Part shown: positions 33,317 to 42,084 of the stretch, piece after piece
Layout of the letters: each line of letters opens with the position of its first letter
Position numbering within the stretch: position 1 is the first letter of the stretch
NCBI GenBank assembly: GCA_021791395.1
Contig: JAJYWR010000013.1
Location: forward strand, 21,384 to 85,383
DNA length: 64,000 nucleotides
Origin: a bacterium
Lineage (GTDB): Bacteria > Patescibacteriota > Minisyncoccia > UBA6257 > GWB1-50-10
Direction of reading: 5' to 3'
Notes under the pieces: model-generated
Databases searched by the model: none
The model's input: the letters and a program-made list of their open reading frames with translations, nothing else
Told to the model about the DNA's origin: nothing
Program-made: the position numbers and the translations under genes

Positions 33317-34525
33317 TTAGACAATGACGCCGCCGCCGAGCATTTCGCCTGATTTCGCATAGAATACAGCCGACTGGCCGGGTGCCACGAATTTCACCGG
33401 TTCGCGAAATTCGATTTTTAATTTTGAATTTTCGATTTTTAATTCCGCTTGAGCCAACGGCTGGCGGTATCTGACCCGCGCCAAGATTCTTATTCCACCA
33501 TTCGCGCGAATGAGAGGGGGTAGCTTTTCGTCAATGAAATTCACCTGGCGCAGTTCCATTTCTTTCCTAAAAAGCGCGGGATGGTTATCCCCTTCCGCGA
33601 CGACGAGCGTGTTCGACGCCAGATCTTTCGACGCGACGTAGTACGGTTTATGGTCGGGGTTTTTGACCTTGAGGTCGACCCCGAGGTGCCGCTGGCCGAT
33701 GGTATAGAAATAAATCCCTTCGTGCTGCCCCACAACGGCACCCTCGGTCGTTACAATGTCACCCGGCTTTTCAGGCAGATATTGCTTTAAAAAATCCTCC
33801 AGATCCACTTGACCCAAAAAACAAATGCCTTGTGAATCTTTTTTCTCGGCAGTTGGAAGCATCGCCTTCCGCGCAATTTCCCGTACCTGCGGTTTCGTAT
33901 AATCGCCGATTGGAAACAAACAATATTTGAGCTGCTCTTTCGTCAGCGTCCACAGGAAATAACTTTGGTCTTTGTTTTTGTCTTTCGCCTCAAATAATCC
34001 AAGCGAGCTGGAATTTTTTCGAGAGAAGCTCTCGGAGGTCACAAAAGCTTGGCCTCCCGCAGGGCGGGAGTTTTGCGACCGAGAGCGCAGAGCGACGCTT
34101 GCCGCAGGAGCAAGCGGACGCTCGGTTCTCGAGAGAGAATTCTGGCGAAGCTTTACATAGTGGCCGGTCGCGATGTAATCCGCGCCCAGCGCCAGGGCTT
34201 TTTTTAAAAAGAGCCCGAATTTAATATCCTTGTTGCACATAACATCCGGGTTCGGCGTAATGCCATCGCGGTATGCGGAAACCATGTAATCCACAACGCT
34301 TTCTTTGTATTCCCCCTCCATGTCAAAGACATAAAACAAAATACCAAGGTGTTCGGCGGCCCGCCGGGCGTCTTCCGCGTCCCGCTCCGCGCAACCGTCC
34401 ACGTTGTAACCGCGGATATAAACGCCCGTCACTTTGTAACCTTGCTTTTGCAATAAATACGCAGCAACCGATGAATCAACTCCGCCGGACATCCCAACAA
34501 ACACCTTACCTTTTGACTTGGTCAT
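33317..34525 (-). CDS. mnmA: tRNA 2-thiouridine(34) synthase MnmA with a ~40-50 aa low-complexity insertion
   Basis: PP-loop VGMSGGVDSSVAA, ATGHY, KDQSYFL. Insertion RQNSLSRTERPLAPAASVALRSRSQNSRPAGGQAFVTSESFSRKNSS lies between the latter two. Confidence 0.85.
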   Translation of the reverse strand: MTKSKGKVFVGMSGGVDSSVAAYLLQKQGYKVTGVYIRGYNVDGCAERDAEDARRAAEHLGILFYVFDMEGEYKESVVDYMVSAYRDGITPNPDVMCNKDIKFGLFLKKALALGADYIATGHYVKLRQNSLSRTERPLAPAASVALRSRSQNSRPAGGQAFVTSESFSRKNSSSLGLFEAKDKNKDQSYFLWTLTKEQLKYCLFPIGDYTKPQVREIARKAMLPTAEKKDSQGICFLGQVDLEDFLKQYLPEKPGDIVTTEGAVVGQHEGIYFYTIGQRHLGVDLKVKNPDHKPYYVASKDLASNTLVVAEGDNHPALFRKEMELRQVNFIDEKLPPLIRANGGIRILARVRYRQPLAQAELKIENSKLKIEFREPVKFVAPGQSAVFYAKSGEMLGGGVIV

Positions 34526-34541
34526 GAAATTGCTCTAAAAT
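34513..34541 (+). promoter_or_regulatory. Sigma70-type promoter of efp
   Basis: TTGACT (34513-34518), 17 nt, TAAAAT (34536-34541). ATG lies 11 nt downstream, with no SD. Confidence 0.5.
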
Positions 34542-34552
34542 ATGTTCCTGTT

Positions 34553-35119
34553 ATGGCACGGTTATCCTACAACGAACTCAAAGTCGGCACAATCTTCGTG
34601 AAAGACGGGGCTCCCTACAAAGTTGTCGAGTCGGCGTTCATCCGGATGCAGCAGCGGAAACCCGTCATGCAGCTCAAGATCATCAATCTCGTGAGCGGCA
34701 AAACGCAGGAATACGCGGCTCATCAGAACGAGGAATTTACGGAAGCTGAGATCGAGGTGATGCCAGTTCAGTTCATCTATCAAAACCGCGGCGAATACTG
34801 GTTCAATGAAAAAGGGAATCCCAAGAATCGCTTCCAGCTCGACCAGAACATCCTCGGTCAAGCCGCGCAGTTCCTCAAATCAAACACAGAACTCACGGCC
34901 TATAAATTCGATGGGAAAATCATCAATATCGAATTGCCGATCAAAATGGATCTCAAGGTAACCGAAGCGCCGCCCGCCATTAAGGGCAATACCGCACAAG
35001 GCGGTACCAAAACGGTTCAGCTTGAAACCGGCGCAAAAGTGAACGTCCCCCTTTTCGTGGAAGAGGGCGACACGGTGAAAATCAACACGCAAACCGGGGA
35101 GTATATCGAACGGCTTTAA
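34553..35119 (+). CDS. efp: Elongation factor P
   Basis: 188 aa with three-domain EF-P-like sequence (LKVGTIFVKDGAPYKVVE..., C-terminal GDTVKINTQTGEYIERL). Confidence 0.85.
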   Translation: MARLSYNELKVGTIFVKDGAPYKVVESAFIRMQQRKPVMQLKIINLVSGKTQEYAAHQNEEFTEAEIEVMPVQFIYQNRGEYWFNEKGNPKNRFQLDQNILGQAAQFLKSNTELTAYKFDGKIINIELPIKMDLKVTEAPPAIKGNTAQGGTKTVQLETGAKVNVPLFVEEGDTVKINTQTGEYIERL

Positions 35120-36834
35120 GAACCAAGATTCTTTAAAGACTCCTTGAGTGACTCACGGAGCGATTCGACATCATGATTTCCCTCTTGGGGTCTCTTCGCC
35201 GATTTTGTTTCTTCCTTCAGGTCCGCGAGCGAAATGGTTCCGGTATCTGGGGGTGCTTCCGAGACTTCATCTCCACCCACGATGGTTTGTTTCCTGGTAT
35301 TCACGGGTTTCTGCTGCGGCGGCTGCCGTCTGAAATTCTTCAAAAAGGGGCGTCTTCGCTCGCCGTAACCGCTCCGGCCTGAATGGCTCGGCGCACTCGG
35401 CGCGATCGATCCTCCTTTTTGACTTTCTTGAAATTCTATTCCGAGCTTCGCAAGATCAGAAAATCTTGAGGCGGTTTCTCTTTCTTCATATCGATGTTCA
35501 AACTTCCGTTCCGCCGTCCCCTCTTCCTTCGGGGACATAACACCGCTCCATCGGTTGATTTCTTCCTCCACAGCCCACCGCGGCCGTGCGTAGATTCTCC
35601 GCGAGGTTTCGATGATTTTCTCGGCAATGGCCGGCGATGATTCCAAATTGAACGGCGGGAGCGTCGTCGCCGAAAACGGGCGGGATGTCACGCCGTCAAC
35701 TAGGAGCTTCAAATAAACGTGATAGTTCGGCAAATTTACGAGGTCTTGCGCCATAAACTCGGGCTCGAATTCCTTTTCCAAAAATTCCGCGTCGGCTGCT
35801 CCGACCCGGAACGAGACCATGGTGCCGACGTTGCCAAACACGGCATCGCGGACTTTCGTTGAAACATCCGTCACAAGCTGCCCCACATACTGATGTGCAA
35901 GAATCAAGTCGAGGCGGTATTTTCGCGCCTCGGACAAGATGTTTGCAAACGAGTCGGTGGCAAAATTCTGGAACTCGTCGACATAGAGATAAAAATCGAC
36001 GCGCTCGTCCTCTGGAATTCTTACACGCTCCATCGCGGCGAGTTGCATCTTCGTGATGAGCATAGACCCGAGGAGCGCTGAGTTATCTTCGCCGATTCTT
36101 CCTTTCGATACATTCACAAGGAAAATTTTCCCCGTGTTCATGATATTGAAGATGTCGATCGTGCTCTTTGATTGGCCAACGATGTTCCGAACGAGGGCCG
36201 TTGAAAGAAATTGGCCAACTTTGTTTTGAATCGGGGCGATGGCTTCGTTCCGGAACTGATCGCGCCACTCCTCAAACTCATTCACCCAAAACGCCTTGAC
36301 CACCGGATCTTTGATATTGTCGACGATTTTCTGCCGATATTCCTTGTCAACCAAAATACGCGTAATACCAAGGAGTGTCGTACCGGGCGTGTCGAGGAGC
36401 GCCAAGATTGCGTTATTTAAAATATATTCCATCCTCGCCGACCAAACATTTGACCAAATCTTCGTGAAGATACCCATAAGCCCCGAAGCAACCAAGTGTT
36501 TGTACTTCGGATCGGGTAATTCCAAAACGTTGAACCCGATGTGGGAATCGGCATCGGCCGGATTGAAATAAATGACATTGCTCAACCGCTCCTCGGGAAT
36601 TTTCTCGAGGAGTCCTTCGACGAGTTCGCCGTGGGGATCGACGACGCACAACCCTTCACCGTTTGCAATGTCCTGCACAATCAAGTTGTTGAGCATCGCC
36701 GTCTTTCCGGTACCAGTCTTTCCGATGACATACATGTGCTGGCGGCGATCGCGCCGCTTAATGCCAAAAAGCCGGTTCGAGTTCCGGAAATCAACCCTGC
36801 CGAAATAAGCCACATCTTTGTCGTTCTCGGCCAT
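35116..36834 (-). CDS. VirD4/TraD-like coupling-protein-family ATPase (T4SS DNA-binding-domain protein)
   Basis: Walker A GKTGTGKT, Walker B LYVDEFQNFAT, and ARKYRLDLILAHQY. Disordered basic C-terminus. Confidence 0.65.
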   Translation of the reverse strand: MAENDKDVAYFGRVDFRNSNRLFGIKRRDRRQHMYVIGKTGTGKTAMLNNLIVQDIANGEGLCVVDPHGELVEGLLEKIPEERLSNVIYFNPADADSHIGFNVLELPDPKYKHLVASGLMGIFTKIWSNVWSARMEYILNNAILALLDTPGTTLLGITRILVDKEYRQKIVDNIKDPVVKAFWVNEFEEWRDQFRNEAIAPIQNKVGQFLSTALVRNIVGQSKSTIDIFNIMNTGKIFLVNVSKGRIGEDNSALLGSMLITKMQLAAMERVRIPEDERVDFYLYVDEFQNFATDSFANILSEARKYRLDLILAHQYVGQLVTDVSTKVRDAVFGNVGTMVSFRVGAADAEFLEKEFEPEFMAQDLVNLPNYHVYLKLLVDGVTSRPFSATTLPPFNLESSPAIAEKIIETSRRIYARPRWAVEEEINRWSGVMSPKEEGTAERKFEHRYEERETASRFSDLAKLGIEFQESQKGGSIAPSAPSHSGRSGYGERRRPFLKNFRRQPPQQKPVNTRKQTIVGGDEVSEAPPDTGTISLADLKEETKSAKRPQEGNHDVESLRESLKESLKNLGS

Positions 36835-36843
36835 ATGGAAATT

Positions 36844-37272
36844 TTACAGCAAATTTTTATACTTCTCCACCAGTTTCTCCATCACGCCGTTGTGGAGGCA
36901 AATATCCCGATAGAGATACGCCGACGGACGCATCTTCCGTTCGAGTGTCTTATAATCTATCTCTACGAGGCCGAACCGCGGCCAAAATCCCTCACCCCAT
37001 TCGAAGTTGTCCATCAGGGACCAATGAAGATAACCTCTTACATCGACGCCGTTTTCGATCGCCCGATGAACCCGTTTCAGGGTCTCCACGATAAACCACG
37101 GCCGCTTCACGTCGCCCGCGTCGGCAAGACCATTCTCAGTGATATAAACCGGCTTCTCGGATTTTTCCCACTCGCTCCGGTCATTTGTTGTATTGCCCTC
37201 AACCTGGTGCGCCGCAGTTGAAGCGCCCCAAAGAAATCCTTTCGGGAATATGAAGTCTTTTTGCTCCGTCAT
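36844..37272 (-). pseudogene. Glycoside hydrolase family 1 remnant with a large internal deletion
   Basis: GH1 N-terminal signature FPKGFLWGASTAAHQVEGN is joined after ~20 residues to the C-terminal nucleophile region YITENG...GYLHWSLMDNFEWGEGFWPRFGL. The acid/base NEP region is absent. Length is 142 aa against ~450 aa. Confidence 0.7.
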
Positions 37273-38300
37273 TGGTTCAATAATTGTTTACCAGCATCCC
37301 AAAAGCTCGAGTCGCCATGGACCTTGCGCCAATACCACCACTCGGATCCCCAAAGATAAATGGGAGAAAGCCCGGTCCGCGCAGCGAATTGGAAATTATC
37401 GCGAAGCGTCGTCGTCGAGAAGTCGGATGTTTGAGCATTCATGCTCTCATACGCCAAGGGTGCCCCATTGATCGACCACGGCTCGGCTTGAAGCTCGGAT
37501 ATGAAAATTTTCGAAACGCCGGTGAATTCCTTAACGAGAGCGGCTTTTAGGATATAGAACGCTGGAGGGATGAAGAAGTAATGGAACACGCCGATCGTGG
37601 GAGCACTGACCACCCGGTAGAGCGTCGTCCCAAAGATATTTACCTGCGACGCGGGAGTGAGCCACAACCCGAGTTCTCCGCTGTCGGTCGTCATGACGGG
37701 GCGCGTCGGGTCGAGCTTCTTGACGAGTGCCAGTTCTTTACTGAACAAGCCTTGATCAAATGGCGGGCAATCGCCGAACGTTCCGAGATACGGCTCGTTT
37801 TCAACCTGCCATGCCTTGATCACCGAATACGATTTGTAATGATTGATCACCTGCGTGAGATATGAGAGGAGCGCCTGATCGTAATCGCTTCGGCTCAGTT
37901 TCGTGGCCCAGCCGGGGATGTGGCATTCCGGCCACCGCGGCACCCGCTGCCCCACGGCGAGAATGACGCTTTTCCCCTTCTCCTCGGCAATGTTCATTTC
38001 CCAATCCAGATCGCTCCAGTCATACATCCCCTGCTTCGGCTCAATATATTGCCAATACGCCATGAGGAGCAGGTTCTGCGGATTCAAATCGTCCACGATT
38101 GATTGATAGGCCGCTTTCCAATCCAGGCCTAGGTCTTCCTTCGCGTACAATTCACTGAACGAAAGTCCCGTCGCGGGACGGCCGTTCCCGAAACTCAGCG
38201 CGAAACTCCCCAGATACAGGGAGAAGGCGCAAGCGAGAACGATGACGATAATCCTGAAAAATTTCTTCATCCCGTTAGAAATAGTACGCATACGCGCCAA
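37269..38300 (-). CDS. Membrane-anchored clan GH-A glycoside hydrolase (GH42/GH5-like TIM barrel)
   Basis: N-terminal TM, WQYIEPKQGMYDWSDLD, acid/base WQVENEP and candidate nucleophile ISELQAEPW. Its stop overlaps the next start (ATGA). Confidence 0.55.
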   Translation of the reverse strand: MARMRTISNGMKKFFRIIVIVLACAFSLYLGSFALSFGNGRPATGLSFSELYAKEDLGLDWKAAYQSIVDDLNPQNLLLMAYWQYIEPKQGMYDWSDLDWEMNIAEEKGKSVILAVGQRVPRWPECHIPGWATKLSRSDYDQALLSYLTQVINHYKSYSVIKAWQVENEPYLGTFGDCPPFDQGLFSKELALVKKLDPTRPVMTTDSGELGLWLTPASQVNIFGTTLYRVVSAPTIGVFHYFFIPPAFYILKAALVKEFTGVSKIFISELQAEPWSINGAPLAYESMNAQTSDFSTTTLRDNFQFAARTGLSPIYLWGSEWWYWRKVHGDSSFWDAGKQLLNQ

Positions 38301-38394
38301 GCGCTTTGCGTCTGTTACTTCTGATCCTTTCGATTGGTTGCGCCTTCATGTTCTTTGTTGCGATCTGCGTACGCGATTTCCAGCGGGATTCATA

Positions 38395-39297
38395 CTATAT
38401 AAACAGCACAGCGACGCCGGCTGTTATAAGAATGATCGAAATGACCTTTTGCCACACGATCCCTCGCTTCAAAGGCTCTTTGAGGAACTTTGGGTACTTT
38501 TTTGAAAGGAAAACGACGAACCCAAAAAGGAATGCATATTGGATCCCCGAAAGCGCGTTCACCAAGGATACCGGCCCCAAGGAAAAGGCATAATTCACGA
38601 GCACGAAACTCGCGAGCGCTGCAACCTGGCCAGCAATAAAGATGAAGCCGGTCTTTACGTTCGACGGCTTGAAGGATATGAGGATCGCTTTCCGCTGCTT
38701 CTCAGGCAAGAGGAGAAACGCCGCACCGAGGACGGCGCCGAAGCCCCGCAACATAAAACCGTTCACGAACGTATCATTATTGAAAACGAACTTCATTAAA
38801 ACCTGCGACGCACCGAAAAGGGCTGCCGAAAGGACCGAACCCCAAAAGAGTTTCGGGCCCATATGTGCAAGGCGCTCCTTAACGGATTCCTCATGTGCAA
38901 CAACGAATCCGCCGACAACAATGAGAATGAATCCAACCATCTGGTCGACATTCAAGAACTCACCAAGCCAAAAAAAGGCCATCACAAAAACGAAAACCGG
39001 CGTCATGCCGCCCGTTAAAGGCACTACCTGCGACGCTTCCTCTCTCGCAAGAAGCTTATAGAGGATGAGGAGCGCGTAAACATATGTCACGCCGGACGCG
39101 AGAGCGGCGAGAACGACCGCAAGCGATGGCACGAAGAAACTGAATGGTAAAAGGAAAATGACCAAGACTCCTAAGATATTCACGAAAAACGTATAGACCC
39201 ACGGATTGGGGATGAGATCCTTCAGCATCACCTTCGAAACGACAAACGAAATGGCGTTCAAAAAATACGCGACGAGACCGATATAAAGCCAGTTCAT
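38395..39297 (-). CDS. EamA/DMT family transporter
   Basis: 300 aa, ten-TM duplicated EamA-like pattern. ATGA overlap with the upstream gene. Confidence 0.7.
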   Translation of the reverse strand: MNWLYIGLVAYFLNAISFVVSKVMLKDLIPNPWVYTFFVNILGVLVIFLLPFSFFVPSLAVVLAALASGVTYVYALLILYKLLAREEASQVVPLTGGMTPVFVFVMAFFWLGEFLNVDQMVGFILIVVGGFVVAHEESVKERLAHMGPKLFWGSVLSAALFGASQVLMKFVFNNDTFVNGFMLRGFGAVLGAAFLLLPEKQRKAILISFKPSNVKTGFIFIAGQVAALASFVLVNYAFSLGPVSLVNALSGIQYAFLFGFVVFLSKKYPKFLKEPLKRGIVWQKVISIILITAGVAVLFI

Positions 39298-40604
39298 TCT
39301 TTTTTCTTTTCAATCAACTTTTCGATATTATATGCTCCCATCTTTTCCGCTTCCAAAAATCCGTGCATGGCGGCCTCGGCAAACCAGCCGTCTTTCAGAT
39401 AATTAAAAAGCCACTCGTGGGTATATTCCGGATTGTATTGATCCATAGCAGCTCCGACCTTGAGGAGCCATTCCCGGTTGAAATCTTCCTGCGAACCGAT
39501 GGGCGGCGCGATAATGATGGGGAGTCCGAGCGCACAATAGAACGAGAGTTCCGACGGCTTGGTCCACAGGATATCCGTGGCCCGCAGAGCTTCATTGAAC
39601 TTGTCGAAATAATCATGGAGACCGATCGCCCAGAGAATCTCGGCACCGTCATTGAACGGCTCTCTGAATCCCAGCGCCTTGAGCTCGGCCGCGAAATAAT
39701 TCATCGTTTCCTGCCGCGTACCGGCCGAAAGAATGACCTTCACCTTCTTGTTTTTGATGTCGTCCCGGAGACTCTTCACGATGGCCATGCCAATCTCCTT
39801 CTGCGCTCCCGCGCCGCCGATTGAGAACATAATTGTGAGGGGCCGTCCGGACGACTTCGGCAATTTGCCGAAATTCTCCCTGATGACCGGCCCATATTCG
39901 CTCATGTACCGCCCCGAGGGATCGAGGTTCACGAGCCGCGGACGCATATCCTTTTTCAAAATCGTCATACCGGCGCCGCCGATGTTTTCCTTCGGGAGCG
40001 GATACCCCGTGAGATGGATATTCTCTTCTTTCACGCCGTAAAGTTTCAAGCGCTCAAAAACCCGGTCGGTCGACGCGCAATAATGGATCTTCGTTTTTCC
40101 TGGGTCGAGCGGCGCCCATCCCCGCGCGATGTCCGCATCGGCCGTCACGCAATAAATGCTGCCCGGATATTTCCATTCTTCAGCCATGAACGCGGTCGTG
40201 AAAAACGTCGTGACGAGCGGGATCTTCTTCCTGGAAAGACGTTCGATGAGATCCCTTCCCCAGCCGTTCCAGATCAACCGGAATGCCTGCTTCAGCGTCT
40301 CAGTCGGCCGCGAAAGGTCGCGCTTTGGATAGAAGGTTAAAATCCGCTGGAACCACCGGTCGTACAAATAAAAAACGGCCGATCCCACGAGTGGTACCCG
40401 CTTGAAACGCGAAATGAATTCATAAAAATGCGACGTACTGGACCAAATCTCCCGGTCTTCCGTGGGGATTCCTTCGTAGTCATTGGCATTCACCAATTTC
40501 CCGTCGAGAGAGAGATCCCGCAGTGGATACGCCGTCCGCTGATGGCCGTACCCCATGCTGACGGCGACCACCCACGCCTTACCCATCGAAGCATTTCTCG
40601 GCAT
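39294..40604 (-). CDS. Putative GT-B fold glycosyltransferase (MGDG-synthase/UgtP-like), tentative
   Basis: N-terminal VAVSMGYGHQRTA motif and a C-terminal half with IGGAGAQKE, consistent with a GT-B nucleotide-sugar transferase. Assignment is from memory of family motifs only. Confidence 0.4.
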   Translation of the reverse strand: MPRNASMGKAWVVAVSMGYGHQRTAYPLRDLSLDGKLVNANDYEGIPTEDREIWSSTSHFYEFISRFKRVPLVGSAVFYLYDRWFQRILTFYPKRDLSRPTETLKQAFRLIWNGWGRDLIERLSRKKIPLVTTFFTTAFMAEEWKYPGSIYCVTADADIARGWAPLDPGKTKIHYCASTDRVFERLKLYGVKEENIHLTGYPLPKENIGGAGMTILKKDMRPRLVNLDPSGRYMSEYGPVIRENFGKLPKSSGRPLTIMFSIGGAGAQKEIGMAIVKSLRDDIKNKKVKVILSAGTRQETMNYFAAELKALGFREPFNDGAEILWAIGLHDYFDKFNEALRATDILWTKPSELSFYCALGLPIIIAPPIGSQEDFNREWLLKVGAAMDQYNPEYTHEWLFNYLKDGWFAEAAMHGFLEAEKMGAYNIEKLIEKKKE

Positions 40605-40620
40605 ATGAAACTATTATAAA

Positions 40621-42057
40621 TCACTGGCACAAAAACTGAAGGAGAAGCGGAACCGGAGACCCGGCGGCGCCTTTCGCGAGATACTCGCCGTCGATTGAGG
40701 TCATCCGCGGCGCCATGTCGATATGCACCCACGGCGTTCCTTTGATAAACTGCCAGAGGAACGCGGCGGCGGTTATCGTCCCGCCGTACCGCGTTTTCGC
40801 GTCGTTTGCCACATCACCAAACGTTCCCTTGATGTCCTCCTCGTATTCTTCCCACAGCGGCAACGGCCAGACGTAATCGCCAGCGAGCTCCCCGCTTTCC
40901 TGCATTTTTTCCACGAATTTTTCATCGGTCGAGAAAATCGCCGATGCCCGCTGGCCCAAGGCAACCATTGCCGCCCCCGTTAAGGTCGCGATGTCGATGA
41001 CAAGTTGCGGCTTATACCGCTTCGCATAATGGAGTGCGTCCGCGAGGATAACCCGACCTTCGGCATCGGTATTTAAAACCTCGATGGTCTTACCGGACAT
41101 CGTTTTCAAAAGATCGCCCGGATGGTAACTCGACCCGGACGGCATGTTTTCCACCGCCGGTACGATACCTATGATATTTTTCTTAAGCTTCAACCGCGCC
41201 GCGGCCGCAAGTATGCGGATGACCGCTGCGCCGCCCGACATGTCCATGTGCATTTCATAAATACCGCTCGATGGCTTCAGGTTCAATCCCCCGCTGTCAA
41301 ACGTGACGCCTTTGCCGACCAAGACGATCGGCTTTTCTTTTCCACCCTTTAGATATTCCATGATGATGAACTTCGGTTTTTCAGACGAACCGCGCGCGAC
41401 ACCGAGGATTCCGCCCATTCCCAATTTTTCTATTTCATTCTCATTCAATATTTTCACCTTGAAACCCGACTTCTTTCCCGCCGCCGTTGCGGCTTTGGCC
41501 AAAACCTCCGGGGTCATATCACCACCCGGCGTGTTCGAAAGTTCCCGTGTCTTATTGATTTCCTCGCCGATAATTTTCCCTTCCCGTAAAGCGCCTGTGG
41601 CATCCTTGCCATCAAAAACCAAAACGTTCTCGATAAAATTCCATCCGCCCTTCGGCGGCGTTTTGTATTTCACAAACTCGAAATTCGCGATTTCAAATTC
41701 CATCGCCGCAACCCTTGGGAGAATTTTGTCGAAATCTTTTTCCCCGGTTAGAAAATCATCCATGTCTACCGCAATGTTCTTAAGTTTGTTGCTCTTGGCG
41801 GTAACAATAACCTGCCGCATCAACGTTATCGATTTCCGGTGATTGAACTTCTTGGGCAAATGCATGAATATCGCTTTCCGGCCGCCCGGCAGCAAAACGA
41901 CATTTTCCCCCTCTTTCAAATTCTTCTCGATGCTTTTCACATATTCCCGCTCTTTTGCATCCAGAGCATGGAAAAACGGATGTTTTTTTACATCTTCATC
42001 CATTACAAAAATCAAACTTGAATTCGCCGGAATTTTTTTAACTTGCTTGATGGTCAT
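40621..42057 (-). CDS. pepA: Leucyl aminopeptidase (M17)
   Basis: M17 signature NTDAEGRVILADAL, and VGKGVTFDSGG. Confidence 0.85.
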   Translation of the reverse strand: MTIKQVKKIPANSSLIFVMDEDVKKHPFFHALDAKEREYVKSIEKNLKEGENVVLLPGGRKAIFMHLPKKFNHRKSITLMRQVIVTAKSNKLKNIAVDMDDFLTGEKDFDKILPRVAAMEFEIANFEFVKYKTPPKGGWNFIENVLVFDGKDATGALREGKIIGEEINKTRELSNTPGGDMTPEVLAKAATAAGKKSGFKVKILNENEIEKLGMGGILGVARGSSEKPKFIIMEYLKGGKEKPIVLVGKGVTFDSGGLNLKPSSGIYEMHMDMSGGAAVIRILAAAARLKLKKNIIGIVPAVENMPSGSSYHPGDLLKTMSGKTIEVLNTDAEGRVILADALHYAKRYKPQLVIDIATLTGAAMVALGQRASAIFSTDEKFVEKMQESGELAGDYVWPLPLWEEYEEDIKGTFGDVANDAKTRYGGTITAAAFLWQFIKGTPWVHIDMAPRMTSIDGEYLAKGAAGSPVPLLLQFLCQ

Positions 42058-42084
42058 ACTAAATACTATATACCAAATACCGAC

